Assembly (NCBI RefSeq): GCF_055900595.2
Contig: NZ_CM148325.1
Direction: 5' to 3' (one strand)
DNA: 64,000 nucleotides
Shown here: positions 16,950 through 30,062 of the stretch, piece after piece
Numbering within the stretch: the first letter of the stretch is position 1
Layout of the letters: every line of letters begins with the position of its first letter
Translations under genes and position numbers: made by a program
Notes under the pieces: generated by a model
What the model saw: the letters and a program-made list of their open reading frames with translations, nothing else
The model's database searches: none
What the model was told of the DNA's origin: nothing

Positions 16950-17601
16950 GTTTCAGAATCGGTTAGTGGGTACGATCGTGCTGGTGGCGCTGGGGGTGAT
17001 TGTACTTCCAGGGTTGCTGGACGGGCAGAAAAAACATTATCAGGATGAGTTCGCGGCTATCCCGCTGGTGCCAAAAGCGGGCGATCGCGATGAGCCTGAT
17101 ATGATGCCAGCCGCCACCCAGGCGCTGCCGACGCAGCCGCCGGAAGGCGCAGCGGAAGAGGTGCGGGCAGGTGATGCCGCCGCGCCGTCGCTCGATCCGG
17201 CCACTATTGCAGCCAATAACACCGAGTTTGAACCGGAACCTGCACCGGTCGCTCCACCGAAGCCGAAACCGGTGGAACCGCCTAAACCGAAGGTTGAAGC
17301 AGCACCTGCGCCGAAGCCAGAACCGAAGCCGGTCGTGGAAGAAAAAGCCGCCCCGACGGGTAAAGCGTATGTCGTCCAGCTGGGCGCGCTGAAAAATGCC
17401 GATAAAGTGAATGAGATTGTCGGTAAGCTGCGCGGTGCCGGTTATCGGGTTTATACGTCGCCATCCACGCCGGTGCAGGGTAAAATTACCCGTATTCTGG
17501 TTGGGCCAGATGCCTCGAAAGATAAGCTGAAAGGTTCGCTGGGTGAACTCAAGCAGCTTTCTGGCTTAAGTGGCGTGGTGATGGGCTATACACCGAATTA
17601 A
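16939..17601 (+). CDS. dedD: Cell-division protein DedD (SPOR domain)
   Basis: ORF track 16921-17601; GTG start giving (M)ASKFQNRLVGTIVLVALGVIVLP with GAGGAG 6 nt upstream; Pro/Ala/Lys-rich linker then SPOR-like C-terminus; overlaps the folC 3' end. Confidence 0.88.
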   Translation: MASKFQNRLVGTIVLVALGVIVLPGLLDGQKKHYQDEFAAIPLVPKAGDRDEPDMMPAATQALPTQPPEGAAEEVRAGDAAAPSLDPATIAANNTEFEPEPAPVAPPKPKPVEPPKPKVEAAPAPKPEPKPVVEEKAAPTGKAYVVQLGALKNADKVNEIVGKLRGAGYRVYTSPSTPVQGKITRILVGPDASKDKLKGSLGELKQLSGLSGVVMGYTPN

Positions 17602-17610
17602 TACGGTTTT

Positions 17611-17772
<162 letters not shown>

Positions 17773-17863
17773 TGATTGCCCGATGCCGCAAAGGCATGAA
17801 AAGTCGATGGCGTTGAATATATTTTCAGCGCCATTTTTATTGATGCGCGGGAAGGAAATCCCT

Positions 17864-17879
17864 ACGCAAACGTTTTCTT
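17864..17879 (+). promoter_or_regulatory. PurR operator (PUR box) of the cvpA-purF operon
   Basis: ACGCAAACGTTTTCTT matches the PurR consensus ACGCAAACGTTTTCGT, about 60 nt upstream of the cvpA ATG, followed by a TAGAAT -10-like hexamer. Confidence 0.7.
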
Positions 17880-17935
17880 TTTCTGTTAGAATGCGCCCCG
17901 AACAGGATGACAGGGCGTAAAATCGTGGGACACAT

Positions 17936-18424
17936 ATGGTCTGGATTGATTACGCCATAATCGCGGTGATTGCTTTTTCCTCTCTGGTTAGCCTGATCCG
18001 CGGCTTTGTTCGTGAAACGTTATCGCTGGTGACATGGGGTTGTGCTTTCTTTGTCGCCAGTCATTACTACACTTACCTGTCAGTCTGGTTTACGGGCTTT
18101 GAAGACGAACTGGTTCGAAATGGGATTGCCATCGCGGTACTGTTTATCGCGACACTGATCGTTGGCGCTATCGTGAACTTCGTGATAGGTCAGTTGGTTG
18201 AGAAAACCCACCTGACGGGCACCGACCGGGTGCTGGGCGTCTGTTTCGGTGCGTTGCGCGGTGTGTTGATTGTTGCTGCCATTCTCTTCTTTCTCGACTC
18301 CTTTACCGGGGTGTCGAAAAGCGAAGACTGGAGCAAATCACAGCTGATCCCGCAGTTCAGTTTTATCATCAGATGGTTTTTTGATTATCTGCAAAGCTCG
18401 TCAAGTTTCTTGCCCAGAGCGTAA
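17936..18424 (+). CDS. cvpA: Colicin V production membrane protein
   Basis: 162-aa hydrophobic ORF immediately upstream of purF. Confidence 0.9.
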   Translation: MVWIDYAIIAVIAFSSLVSLIRGFVRETLSLVTWGCAFFVASHYYTYLSVWFTGFEDELVRNGIAIAVLFIATLIVGAIVNFVIGQLVEKTHLTGTDRVLGVCFGALRGVLIVAAILFFLDSFTGVSKSEDWSKSQLIPQFSFIIRWFFDYLQSSSSFLPRA

Positions 18425-18460
18425 GTGCTCTGAGATGTGGCTTAACGAGGAAAAAGACGT

Positions 18461-19978
18461 ATGTGCGGTATTGTCGGTATCGCCGGTGTTATGCCGGTTA
18501 ACCAGTCGATTTATGATGCCTTAACGGTGCTTCAGCATCGCGGTCAGGATGCCGCCGGCATCATCACCATTGATGCCAATAACTGCTTCCGTTTGCGTAA
18601 AGCGAACGGGCTGGTGAGCGATGTCTTCGAAGCTCGCCATATGCAGCGTTTGCAGGGCAATATGGGCATTGGTCATGTGCGTTACCCCACGGCTGGTAGC
18701 TCCAGCGCCTCTGAAGCGCAGCCGTTTTACGTTAACTCCCCGTATGGCATCACGCTTGCCCACAACGGCAATCTGACCAACGCTCATGAGTTGCGTAAAA
18801 AACTGTTTGAAGAAAAACGCCGCCACATCAACACCACTTCCGACTCGGAAATTCTGCTTAATATCTTCGCCAGCGAGCTGGACAACTTCCGCCACTACCC
18901 GCTGGAAGCCGACAACATCTTCGCCGCCATCGCCGCTACAAACCGCTTAATCCGCGGCGCGTATGCCTGTGTGGCGATGATTATCGGCCACGGTATGGTG
19001 GCTTTCCGCGATCCTAACGGTATTCGTCCGCTGGTACTGGGGAAACGTGATATCGACGACAATCGCACAGAATATATGGTCGCTTCCGAAAGCGTTGCGC
19101 TCGATACCCTGGGCTTTGAGTTCCTGCGTGATGTCGCCCCAGGCGAGGCGATTTACATCACTGAAGAAGGGCAGCTGTTTACCCGTCAGTGCGCTGACAA
19201 CCCGGTCAGCAATCCGTGCCTGTTCGAGTATGTTTACTTTGCCCGTCCGGACTCGTTCATCGACAAAATTTCCGTTTACAGCGCACGTGTGAATATGGGC
19301 ACCAAGCTGGGCGAGAAAATTGCTCGTGAATGGGAAGATCTGGATATCGACGTGGTGATCCCCATTCCGGAAACCTCGTGTGATATCGCGCTGGAAATCG
19401 CCCGTATTCTGGGTAAACCGTATCGTCAGGGCTTTGTGAAAAACCGCTACGTTGGTCGCACGTTTATCATGCCGGGTCAGCAGCTGCGTCGTAAGTCCGT
19501 GCGCCGTAAACTGAACGCCAACCGCGCTGAATTCCGTGATAAAAACGTCCTGCTGGTCGATGACTCCATCGTCCGTGGCACCACTTCTGAGCAGATTATC
19601 GAGATGGCACGCGAAGCCGGAGCGAAGAAAGTGTATCTCGCCTCAGCGGCACCGGAAATTCGCTTCCCGAACGTTTACGGTATCGATATGCCGAGCGCCA
19701 CGGAACTGATCGCTCACGGTCGCGAAGTAGATGAAATTCGCCAGATCATCGGTGCTGACGGGTTGATTTTCCAGGACCTCAACGATTTGATCGAAGCCGT
19801 TCGCGCTGAAAACCCGGATATCCAGCAGTTTGAATGCTCGGTGTTCAACGGCGTCTACGTCACCAAAGATGTTGATCAGGGCTACCTCGATTTTCTCGAT
19901 ACTTTACGTAATGACGACGCCAAAGCAGTGCAACGTCAGAACGAAGTGGAAAATCTCGAAATGCATAACGAAGGATGA
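18461..19978 (+). CDS. purF: Amidophosphoribosyltransferase
   Basis: 505-aa ORF starting MCGIVGIAG (N-terminal nucleophile Cys) with PRPP-binding motif [13 protein letters not shown]. Confidence 0.96.
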   Translation: MCGIVGIAGVMPVNQSIYDALTVLQHRGQDAAGIITIDANNCFRLRKANGLVSDVFEARHMQRLQGNMGIGHVRYPTAGSSSASEAQPFYVNSPYGITLAHNGNLTNAHELRKKLFEEKRRHINTTSDSEILLNIFASELDNFRHYPLEADNIFAAIAATNRLIRGAYACVAMIIGHGMVAFRDPNGIRPLVLGKRDIDDNRTEYMVASESVALDTLGFEFLRDVAPGEAIYITEEGQLFTRQCADNPVSNPCLFEYVYFARPDSFIDKISVYSARVNMGTKLGEKIAREWEDLDIDVVIPIPETSCDIALEIARILGKPYRQGFVKNRYVGRTFIMPGQQLRRKSVRRKLNANRAEFRDKNVLLVDDSIVRGTTSEQIIEMAREAGAKKVYLASAAPEIRFPNVYGIDMPSATELIAHGREVDEIRQIIGADGLIFQDLNDLIEAVRAENPDIQQFECSVFNGVYVTKDVDQGYLDFLDTLRNDDAKAVQRQNEVENLEMHNEG

Positions 19979-20072
19979 TGCCTTCGCTCAGGGTGCCGGT
20001 CTGGCACCCTGACTTGCAACTCCCGCCGAAATCCTGCAAAGTCTGCCTGCAAGTCTGACAGGGCAACTATTT

Positions 20073-20642
20073 ATGAAACGACTCATTGTAGGCATCAGCG
20101 GTGCCAGCGGCGCGATTTATGGCGTGCGTTTATTACAGGTTCTGCGTGATGTCGCAGATGTTGAAACGCATCTGGTAATGAGCCAGGCGGCGCGCCAGAC
20201 CTTATCCCTTGAAACGGATTTCTCCCTGCGTGATGTGCAGGCATTAGCCGATGTCACGCACGATGCGCGCGATATTGCCGCCAGCATCTCTTCTGGTTCT
20301 TTCCAGACGTTGGGGATGGTGATTTTACCCTGTTCAATCAAAACCCTGTCCGGCATTGTGCATAGCTATACGGATGGCTTACTGACCCGTGCGGCAGATG
20401 TGGTGCTGAAAGAGCGTCGCCCGCTGGTGCTCTGCGTGCGTGAAACACCGCTGCACTTAGGCCACCTGCGTTTAATGACTCAGGCGGCGGAAATCGGTGC
20501 GGTAATTATGCCTCCCGTTCCGGCATTTTATCATCGCCCGCAATCCCTTGATGATGTTATAAATCAGACGGTTAACCGTGTTCTTGACCAGTTTGCGATA
20601 AATCTACCCGAAGATCTCTTTGCCCGCTGGCAGGGCGCATAA
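20073..20642 (+). CDS. ubiX: Flavin prenyltransferase UbiX
   Basis: 189-aa ORF MKRLIVGISGASGAIYGVRLLQVL, flavoprotein fold signature. Confidence 0.93.
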   Translation: MKRLIVGISGASGAIYGVRLLQVLRDVADVETHLVMSQAARQTLSLETDFSLRDVQALADVTHDARDIAASISSGSFQTLGMVILPCSIKTLSGIVHSYTDGLLTRAADVVLKERRPLVLCVRETPLHLGHLRLMTQAAEIGAVIMPPVPAFYHRPQSLDDVINQTVNRVLDQFAINLPEDLFARWQGA

Positions 20643-20823
20643 CTCCACTGTTGCCCTGTTTCAGGGCAATTTTGCAACCGCGATCAAATCCTCAACATTT
20701 TGTTTCTGCCATTCAATCGAAACGCTGCGATTCAACCGCTATACCTGCTATCTTCAACTTCAGGACAATAATGCAACGTCTTGTTAACATATTTAACGTT
20801 GAATGTTACTGTTGTCGTCAAGA

Positions 20824-20839
20824 TGGCATAAGACCTGCA
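20824..20839 (+). promoter_or_regulatory. Sigma-54 (-24/-12) promoter of argT
   Basis: TGGCAT-N5-CTGCA with GG and GC 12 nt apart, about 70 nt upstream of the argT ATG; argT is a known NtrC/sigma-54 target. Confidence 0.7.
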
Positions 20840-20906
20840 TGAACGAGCCTGCAAACACACAACACAATACACAACATAAAAAAGCCATTTCACTTGAGGG
20901 TTATGT

Positions 20907-21689
20907 ATGAAGAAGTCGATTCTCGCTCTGTCTTTGTTAGTCGGGATTTCCGCAGCAGCTTCCAGCTACGCGGCGCTGCCGGAGACGGTACGTATCGGAA
21001 CGGATACCACCTATGCACCGTTCTCATCGAAAGATGCCAAAGGTGACTTTGTTGGCTTTGATATCGATCTCGGTAACGAGATGTGCAAACGGATGCAGGT
21101 GAAATGTACCTGGGTTGCCAGTGACTTTGACGCGCTGATCCCCTCACTGAAAGCGAAAAAGATCGACGCCATTATTTCGTCGCTTTCCATTACCGATAAA
21201 CGTCAGCAGGAGATTGCCTTCTCCGACAAACTGTACGCCGCAGACTCTCGTCTGATTGCTGCCAAAGGTTCACCGATTCAGCCAACGCTGGATTCACTGA
21301 AAGGTAAACATGTGGGTGTGCTGCAGGGATCAACCCAGGAAGCGTATGCCAATGATAACTGGCGCAGTAAGGGTGTCGATGTGGTGGCCTATGCTAACCA
21401 GGATTTGGTCTATTCCGATCTGGCTGCAGGACGCCTGGATGCCGCTCTGCAAGATGAGGTTGCTGCCAGCGAAGGTTTCCTCAAGCAACCTGCCGGTAAA
21501 GATTTCGCTTTTGCAGGCCCTTCAGTGAAAGACAAAAAATACTTCGGTGACGGCACCGGTGTCGGGCTACGTAAAGATGATGCTGAACTGACGGCTGCGT
21601 TTAATAAGGCGCTTGGCGAGCTGCGTCAGGACGGCACCTACGACAAGATGGCGAAAAAGTATTTCGACTTTAATGTCTACGGTGACTGA
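20907..21689 (+). CDS. argT: Lysine/arginine/ornithine-binding periplasmic protein
   Basis: 260-aa ORF with signal peptide and about 70% identity to the adjacent hisJ paralogue. Confidence 0.93.
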   Translation: MKKSILALSLLVGISAAASSYAALPETVRIGTDTTYAPFSSKDAKGDFVGFDIDLGNEMCKRMQVKCTWVASDFDALIPSLKAKKIDAIISSLSITDKRQQEIAFSDKLYAADSRLIAAKGSPIQPTLDSLKGKHVGVLQGSTQEAYANDNWRSKGVDVVAYANQDLVYSDLAAGRLDAALQDEVAASEGFLKQPAGKDFAFAGPSVKDKKYFGDGTGVGLRKDDAELTAAFNKALGELRQDGTYDKMAKKYFDFNVYGD

Positions 21690-21906
21690 TACGTCGCAGG
21701 GAAGCTGTACCTGATGGAATGATCATGGTGCACGCCAGGTTTGTTGCACTATCGTGGTGCATTAAAATGCATACTTAAGCATTTTTAATGAAAAATAATA
21801 CGTCTAACGGGGCGGGATATTTTGCCTTGATGGTCAATTTTATGGCACGATAAGTGTAACAAACCTGTAAATATTCCCTATAAAAAGACTGTCAGTTGAG
21901 GACATT

Positions 21907-22689
21907 ATGAAAAAACTGGTGCTATCGCTCTCTCTGGTTCTGGCCTTCTCCAGCGCAACGGCGGCGTTTGCTGCGATTCCGCAAAACATCCGCATCGGTA
22001 CCGATCCGACCTATGCGCCATTTGAATCAAAAAATTCACAAGGTGAACTGGTTGGCTTCGATATCGATCTGGCGAAGGAATTGTGCAAACGCATCAATAC
22101 GCAATGTACGTTTGTCGAAAACCCGCTGGATGCGTTAATCCCGTCCTTAAAAGCGAAGAAGATTGACGCCATCATGTCATCGCTTTCCATTACGGAAAAA
22201 CGTCAGCAGGAAATTGCCTTCACCGACAAACTGTACGCTGCCGACTCTCGTCTGGTAGTGGCGAAAAATTCCGATATTCAGCCGACAGTCGAGTCGCTGA
22301 AAGGCAAGCGCGTAGGCGTATTGCAGGGCACCACCCAGGAGACGTTCGGTAACGAACACTGGGCACCAAAAGGCATTGAAATCGTCTCTTATCAGGGGCA
22401 GGACAACATTTATTCTGACCTGACTGCCGGACGTATTGATGCCGCATTCCAGGATGAGGTCGCCGCCAGCGAAGGTTTCCTCAAACAACCCGTTGGTAAA
22501 GATTACAAATTCGGTGGCCCGTCTGTTAAAGATGAAAAACTGTTTGGCGTAGGGACCGGCATGGGTCTGCGTAAAGAAGATAACGAATTGCGCGAGGCAC
22601 TGAACAAAGCCTTTGCCGAAATGCGCGCTGACGGTACTTACGAGAAATTAGCGAAAAAGTACTTCGATTTTGATGTTTATGGTGGTTAA
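21907..22689 (+). CDS. hisJ: Histidine-binding periplasmic protein
   Basis: 260-aa ORF with signal peptide [22 protein letters not shown], followed by hisQMP. Confidence 0.93.
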   Translation: MKKLVLSLSLVLAFSSATAAFAAIPQNIRIGTDPTYAPFESKNSQGELVGFDIDLAKELCKRINTQCTFVENPLDALIPSLKAKKIDAIMSSLSITEKRQQEIAFTDKLYAADSRLVVAKNSDIQPTVESLKGKRVGVLQGTTQETFGNEHWAPKGIEIVSYQGQDNIYSDLTAGRIDAAFQDEVAASEGFLKQPVGKDYKFGGPSVKDEKLFGVGTGMGLRKEDNELREALNKAFAEMRADGTYEKLAKKYFDFDVYGG

Positions 22690-22778
22690 TCGCCATCGGT
22701 GAAAGAAAGCCCGCTCCCTTCGGGTAACCGGAGGGAGACAAGAGGCGGTAATTCACCACACACGACAGGACAGGCAGC

Positions 22779-23465
22779 ATGTTGTATGGGTTTTCAGGTG
22801 TTATTTTACAGGGTGCGCTCGTCACGCTGGAGCTGGCTATCAGCTCTGTAGTGCTCGCTGTAATCATCGGTTTAATTGGCGCTGGCGGTAAGCTCTCGCA
22901 AAATCGGCTTTCGGGCCTTATTTTCGAAGGCTACACCACGCTGATTCGTGGCGTGCCGGACTTGGTGTTGATGCTGCTGATTTTCTACGGTTTGCAGATT
23001 GCACTAAACACGGTGACGGAGGCGATGGGCGTCGGGCAGATTGATATCGATCCGATGGTCGCTGGTATTATTACTCTCGGTTTTATCTACGGTGCTTATT
23101 TTACCGAAACGTTCCGTGGCGCGTTTATGGCTGTGCCGAAAGGGCATATAGAGGCGGCGACGGCGTTCGGTTTTACTCGTGGGCAAGTGTTTCGGCGGAT
23201 CATGTTTCCGGCGATGATGCGTTACGCCCTGCCAGGCATTGGCAACAACTGGCAGGTGATTCTCAAATCTACCGCTTTGGTTTCGTTACTCGGCCTGGAA
23301 GATGTGGTCAAAGCCACGCAACTGGCAGGCAAAAGTACCTGGGAACCGTTCTATTTCGCCATCGTCTGTGGCGTGATTTATCTGGTTTTCACCACCGTTT
23401 CCAATGGTGTGCTGCTGTTCCTTGAGCGCCGCTACTCCGTGGGTGTGAAGAGGGCTGACCTGTGA
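22779..23465 (+). CDS. hisQ: Histidine ABC transporter permease
   Basis: 228-aa polytopic ORF with ABC permease EAA-type loop. Confidence 0.92.
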   Translation: MLYGFSGVILQGALVTLELAISSVVLAVIIGLIGAGGKLSQNRLSGLIFEGYTTLIRGVPDLVLMLLIFYGLQIALNTVTEAMGVGQIDIDPMVAGIITLGFIYGAYFTETFRGAFMAVPKGHIEAATAFGFTRGQVFRRIMFPAMMRYALPGIGNNWQVILKSTALVSLLGLEDVVKATQLAGKSTWEPFYFAIVCGVIYLVFTTVSNGVLLFLERRYSVGVKRADL

Positions 23466-24178
23466 TCGAAATCTTACATGAATACTGGAAACCGCTGTTG
23501 TGGACCGACGGTTATCGCTTTACCGGTGTGGCGATTACCCTTTGGTTGCTGATTTTGTCGGTTGTGATAGGTGGAGTTCTGGCGCTGTTTCTGGCGATTG
23601 GTCGCGTCTCCAGCAATAAATACATCCAGTTTCCAATCTGGTTATTTACTTATATTTTTCGCGGTACACCGCTGTATGTTCAATTGCTGGTGTTCTATTC
23701 CGGCATGTACACGCTGGAGATTGTTAAGGGTACCGAGTTCCTTAACGCCTTTTTCCGCAGTGGCCTGAATTGTACTGTGCTGGCGCTGACGCTTAACACC
23801 TGTGCTTACACCACCGAGATTTTTGCCGGAGCAATCCGTTCGGTACCGCACGGAGAAATTGAAGCCGCCAGAGCCTATGGCTTTTCGACCTTTAAAATGT
23901 ATCGCTGCATTATTTTGCCTTCAGCGCTGCGTATTGCGTTACCGGCCTACAGTAATGAAGTAATCCTGATGCTGCACTCTACTGCGCTGGCGTTTACGGC
24001 CACGGTGCCGGATCTGCTGAAAATAGCCCGTGATATTAACGCCGCCACGTATCAACCTTTTACCGCTTTCGGTATCGCCGCGGTGCTCTATTTAATCATC
24101 TCTTATGTCCTGATCAGTCTGTTCCGCAAAGCGGAAAAACGCTGGTTGCAGCATGTGAAACCTTCTTCAACGCACTGA
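23462..24178 (+). CDS. hisM: Histidine ABC transporter permease
   Basis: 238-aa polytopic ORF, GTG start overlapping the hisQ stop. Confidence 0.92.
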   Translation: MIEILHEYWKPLLWTDGYRFTGVAITLWLLILSVVIGGVLALFLAIGRVSSNKYIQFPIWLFTYIFRGTPLYVQLLVFYSGMYTLEIVKGTEFLNAFFRSGLNCTVLALTLNTCAYTTEIFAGAIRSVPHGEIEAARAYGFSTFKMYRCIILPSALRIALPAYSNEVILMLHSTALAFTATVPDLLKIARDINAATYQPFTAFGIAAVLYLIISYVLISLFRKAEKRWLQHVKPSSTH

Positions 24179-24185
24179 GAATACG

Positions 24186-24959
24186 ATGTCCGAGAATAAA
24201 TTAAACGTTATCGATTTGCACAAACGCTACGGCGAACACGAAGTGCTGAAAGGGGTCTCACTGCAAGCGAATGCCGGTGATGTCATAAGTATCATCGGTT
24301 CGTCGGGATCGGGGAAAAGTACCTTTCTGCGCTGCATTAACTTCCTCGAAAAACCGAGCGAAGGATCGATCGTCGTTAACGGCCAGACGATCAATCTGGT
24401 GCGCGATAAAGACGGTCAACTCAAAGTCGCCGATAAAAATCAGCTGCGCTTACTGCGCACACGCCTGACGATGGTATTCCAGCACTTCAATCTCTGGAGC
24501 CATATGACGGTGCTGGAAAACGTCATGGAAGCGCCGATTCAGGTGTTAGGCCTGAGCAAGCAGGAAGCGCGCGAGCGGGCGGTGAAGTATCTGGCGAAAG
24601 TCGGGATAGACGAACGTGCGCAGGGGAAATACCCGGTGCATCTGTCCGGTGGTCAGCAACAGCGTGTTTCCATCGCGCGGGCGCTGGCGATGGAACCGGA
24701 AGTTTTACTGTTTGATGAACCTACCTCGGCGCTCGATCCTGAACTGGTAGGCGAAGTGCTGCGTATTATGCAGCAACTGGCAGAAGAGGGAAAAACCATG
24801 GTGGTGGTGACTCACGAAATGGGCTTTGCTCGCCATGTTTCTACTCACGTCATTTTTCTCCATCAGGGGAAAATAGAGGAAGAGGGCGCGCCAGAACAGT
24901 TATTCGGTAACCCGCAAAGTCCTCGTCTGCAACAGTTCCTTAAAGGTTCGCTGAAATAA
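24186..24959 (+). CDS. hisP: Histidine ABC transporter ATP-binding protein
   Basis: 257-aa ORF with Walker [10 protein letters not shown], signature LSGGQQQRV and Walker [12 protein letters not shown]. Confidence 0.95.
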   Translation: MSENKLNVIDLHKRYGEHEVLKGVSLQANAGDVISIIGSSGSGKSTFLRCINFLEKPSEGSIVVNGQTINLVRDKDGQLKVADKNQLRLLRTRLTMVFQHFNLWSHMTVLENVMEAPIQVLGLSKQEARERAVKYLAKVGIDERAQGKYPVHLSGGQQQRVSIARALAMEPEVLLFDEPTSALDPELVGEVLRIMQQLAEEGKTMVVVTHEMGFARHVSTHVIFLHQGKIEEEGAPEQLFGNPQSPRLQQFLKGSLK

Positions 24960-25154
24960 TTCCCTCTCCGGTGGCTAACGCTGCCGGAGTATTTCATGGG
25001 GAATTTGCGAGTCCGCTTCCGCTGAAATGTAAAAGTTGCAGTCCGCTAAAAATACTTCTGAATTCGCTGTCCAAAGATAAAAACTGCCTGCTGCATTGGG
25101 TGTAAATCGTGGTTATTGTCGCGTCATCTTAAATTTGAGGGGTGACGGAACGCC

Positions 25155-26045
25155 ATGACAATATCGACAACTTCCACGCCGCATGATGCGGTATTTAAAT
25201 CTTTTTTACGCCATCCAGACACCGCGCGGGATTTTATTGATATTCATCTTCCCGCGCCGCTGCGCAAACTGTGTGATTTAACGACGCTCAAACTGGAACC
25301 AAACAGTTTTATTGATGAAGATCTGCGGCAATATTATTCCGACCTCTTGTGGTCTGTGAAAACGCAGGAGGGAGCGGGTTATATTTATGTGGTGATAGAG
25401 CACCAAAGTAAGCCGGAGGAATTAATGGCTTTTCGCATGATGCGCTATTCCATCGCGGCGATGCAAAACCATCTGGATGCAGGCTATAAAGAGCTTCCAT
25501 TGGTGATCCCAATGCTGTTTTATCATGGTTGCAGAAGTCCTTATCCTTATTCACTCTGCTGGCTTGATGAATTTGCCGAGCCTGCGATAGCCCGCACAAT
25601 ATATTCATCGGCTTTTCCGCTGGTGGATATTACCGTGGTGCCGGATGACGAGATTATGCAACATCGCAAAATGGCGCTGTTGGAGTTAATTCAGAAACAT
25701 ATTCGTCAGCGCGATCTGTTGGGATTAGTCGACCAAATTGTTTCGCTGCTAGTTACAGGGAACACTAATGACAGACAGCTAAAAGCCCTGTTTAATTACG
25801 TATTACAAACGGGAGATGCCCAGCGTTTCCGTGCATTTATTGGTGAGATAACAGAACGCGCACCACAAGAAAAGGAGAAACTGATGACCATTGCTGACAG
25901 ATTACGTGAAGAAGGCGCAATGCAGGGCAAACACGAAGAAGCTCTGCGTATTGCTCAGGAGATGCTGGAGAGAGGTTTAGACAGAGAATTAGTTCTGATG
26001 GTGACCCGACTTTCGGCAGACGATCTTATCGCGCAAAGCCACTAA
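25155..26045 (+). CDS. rpnB: Recombination-promoting nuclease RpnB (Transposase_31 / PD-(D/E)XK family, domesticated transposase-like)
   Basis: 296-aa [36 protein letters not shown]... typical of YfcI/Rpn paralogues; no flanking terminal inverted repeats seen. Confidence 0.85.
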   Translation: MTISTTSTPHDAVFKSFLRHPDTARDFIDIHLPAPLRKLCDLTTLKLEPNSFIDEDLRQYYSDLLWSVKTQEGAGYIYVVIEHQSKPEELMAFRMMRYSIAAMQNHLDAGYKELPLVIPMLFYHGCRSPYPYSLCWLDEFAEPAIARTIYSSAFPLVDITVVPDDEIMQHRKMALLELIQKHIRQRDLLGLVDQIVSLLVTGNTNDRQLKALFNYVLQTGDAQRFRAFIGEITERAPQEKEKLMTIADRLREEGAMQGKHEEALRIAQEMLERGLDRELVLMVTRLSADDLIAQSH

Positions 26046-26092
26046 TCCTGTAACACCGGGAATTAACTGGCGGATGTTTGCAGTACACCACA

Positions 26093-26986
26093 TCAGTGAA
26101 CAACATCCGCCAGCGCCTCTTCTAAATCGTACCAGCGAAACGCAAAACCCGCTTCTTCCAGCCTTTTGGGCAAAGCCCGTTGTCCACCTAATACCAGTAC
26201 TGAAGATTCGCCCATTAACAGCCGAATGGCGGTCGCGGGGACGCGCAAAATGGCCGGACGATGCAGTGCATGACCGAGCGCATGGGCAAATTGTTCATTG
26301 CGTACCGGGTAGGGCGAAACCATATTAAACGACCCGCGTAGCTCGTTATCCAGCAGCCAGAGAATACCGTTGACCATATCATCGATATGAATCCAGGCCA
26401 GATACTGCCGACCAAAGCCAATCGGCCCGCCCAGGCCAAGACGAAACGGCGGCAGCATTTTACCGAGGATCCCGCCGTCCGGTGCAAGCACCACGCCGGT
26501 ACGCAGCAGGCACACACGTGTTTTGTCGCTTTGCGCCCGACAGGCAATCTCTTCCCAACGAGCGCAGAGTTTGTGGGTAAATTCGTTATGCGGCGGTTCC
26601 TCTTCAGTAACAACCACTTCACCTAAGTCGCCATAATAGCCCGTTGCCGAACCGGAAATGAGTACCGACGGCGGCGTGTCGCTGGCATTAATCAAATCGA
26701 CCAGTTTTTGCGTAATATTCCAGCGGCTTTGGCAGAGACGCTCTTTTTGCTCGTGAGTCCAGCGTTTATCAGCAATCGGTTCTCCGGCCAGGTTGATTAC
26801 CGCATCAACGCCGTTGAGGTTACTTTGATCGGCAAGCCCTTGCCATAGTGTCACCCGGGGGCCGATAACGGAGCTGGCTTTCTGCGGGTTACGCGTCACT
26901 ACCGTGATTTGATGGCCCAGCTCCAGCAAACGCGGAATCAAATGGCGACCAATTAATCCCGTCCCTCCGGTGATCACTATGTTCAT
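26093..26986 (-). CDS. yfcH: NAD-dependent epimerase/dehydratase-family protein
   Basis: 297-aa ORF with N-terminal Rossmann motif ITGGTGLIG. Confidence 0.88.
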   Translation of the reverse strand: MNIVITGGTGLIGRHLIPRLLELGHQITVVTRNPQKASSVIGPRVTLWQGLADQSNLNGVDAVINLAGEPIADKRWTHEQKERLCQSRWNITQKLVDLINASDTPPSVLISGSATGYYGDLGEVVVTEEEPPHNEFTHKLCARWEEIACRAQSDKTRVCLLRTGVVLAPDGGILGKMLPPFRLGLGGPIGFGRQYLAWIHIDDMVNGILWLLDNELRGSFNMVSPYPVRNEQFAHALGHALHRPAILRVPATAIRLLMGESSVLVLGGQRALPKRLEEAGFAFRWYDLEEALADVVH

Positions 26987-27006
26987 GCAGCCTCCCGATA
27001 TGGCGG

Positions 27007-27369
27007 TTAACGCTGCCAGCTTAAGGTCATGGATACCGAATCAGCGTAGCGCAGCGCGTGCAGTTTATCGATCTCTACTTCAGCATACGTTACCCAGTGA
27101 TGTTCACGTGCGATATCGAGCACATCCTGAGTTAATTTCTCCAGCAAAGAGAAACGGTTATTCTCTACGTGCTGAATAATGTTTTTCGTTACGGTGCGAT
27201 AATTCAGCGCATCGTTGATATCTTCGCTGGTGCGCGCTTTATCGGCGGGGTAGTGGATCGTCACGTTGATAACTATATCCTGACGGTTGTTAATTTCTTC
27301 TTCCTTAATTCCGATAAACGTACGTAAACGAAGGTTCTTTATACGAATAATAGCGGCAGGTTGTGCCAT
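27007..27369 (-). CDS. folX: Dihydroneopterin triphosphate 2'-epimerase
   Basis: 120-aa [28 protein letters not shown] (FolB/FolX fold). Confidence 0.92.
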
Positions 27370-27425
27370 TGCAGGTTCTCCGTTGTTTTACTTAGGATTA
27401 AATAATACACGAGAACCTGTTTCTG

Positions 27426-28904
<1,479 letters not shown>

Positions 28905-28907
28905 TGA

Positions 28908-29462
28908 GTGATGAAACTGATGTTTGCATCGGACATTCATGGGTCGTTACCGGCGACGGAACGTGTTCTGGAGTTGTTTGCCCAAAGCGGTGCCCAGTGG
29001 CTGGTGATCCTTGGCGACGTGTTGAATCACGGCCCGCGTAATGCTTTACCGGAGGGTTACGCGCCAGCCAAAGTCGCTGAACGGCTTAATGAAGTGGCAC
29101 ATAAAGTTATCGCTGTGCGCGGCAACTGCGACAGCGAAGTGGACCAAATGCTGCTGCATTTCCCGATAACCGCGCCGTGGCAACAGGTATTACTGGAAAA
29201 ACAACGTCTGTTTTTGACGCATGGTCATCTATTTGGTCCGGAAAATCTGCCCGCTTTAAACCAGAACGATGTGCTGGTGTACGGTCATACCCATCTGCCA
29301 GTGGCAGAACAGCGGGGGGAGATATTCCACTTCAACCCCGGCTCGGTGAGTATTCCGAAAGGCGGTAATCCGGCGAGTTATGGCATGCTGGATAATGACG
29401 TACTGAGTGTAATCGCACTCAATGATCAAAGTATCATTGCGCAGGTCGCGATTAATCCGTAA
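28908..29462 (+). CDS. yfcE: Mn-dependent metallophosphoesterase (phosphodiesterase)
   Basis: 184-aa ORF with calcineurin-like motifs SDIHG, GDVLNHG, GNCD, GHTH. Confidence 0.9.
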   Translation: MMKLMFASDIHGSLPATERVLELFAQSGAQWLVILGDVLNHGPRNALPEGYAPAKVAERLNEVAHKVIAVRGNCDSEVDQMLLHFPITAPWQQVLLEKQRLFLTHGHLFGPENLPALNQNDVLVYGHTHLPVAEQRGEIFHFNPGSVSIPKGGNPASYGMLDNDVLSVIALNDQSIIAQVAINP

Positions 29463-29519
29463 TTTACCCACAACTCAAAATGCGCCGTAAGAGCGCCAGA
29501 AAAAGAAGGTTTCCTGATA

Positions 29520-30062
29520 ATGGAACAGCGTCGTTTGGCAAGTACTGAATGGGTGGATATTGTCAATGAAGAGAATGAAGTCATTGCACAAGCCAGCCGG
29601 GAACAAATGCGGGCACAGTGTCTGCGTCATCGTGCAACTTACATCGTCGTGCATGATGGCATGGGCAAAATTCTGGTCCAGCGTCGTACCGAGACAAAAG
29701 ACTTTTTACCCGGCATGTTAGATGCGACCGCAGGCGGTGTGGTCCAGGCCGATGAGCAACTGCTGGAGTCAGCGCGTCGCGAAGCGGAAGAAGAGTTGGG
29801 CATTGCCGGTGTCCCCTTTGCCGAGCACGGGCAGTTCTATTTCGAAGATAAAAATTGCCGTGTCTGGGGCGCGTTGTTCAGTTGTGTCTCGCACGGTCCC
29901 TTCGCCCTACAGGAAGATGAAGTCAGTGAAGTTTGCTGGCTGACGCCGGAAGAAATCACCGCACGCTGCGATGAGTTCACTCCAGACTCGCTGAAAGCGC
30001 TGGCGTTGTGGATGAAGCGCAATGCCAAAAATGAAGCCGTAGAGACTGAAACGGCAGAATGA
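29520..30062 (+). CDS. yfcD: Nudix hydrolase
   Basis: 180-aa ORF with Nudix-box-like REAEEELG. Confidence 0.88.

Noticed and set aside
25155-26045. rpnB (transposase-like) as evidence of an insertion sequence or mobile element.
   Set aside because: It is a single gene with no terminal inverted repeats, target-site duplication or partner transposition genes, and it occupies a conserved position between hisP and yfcH; domesticated nuclease rather than an active element.
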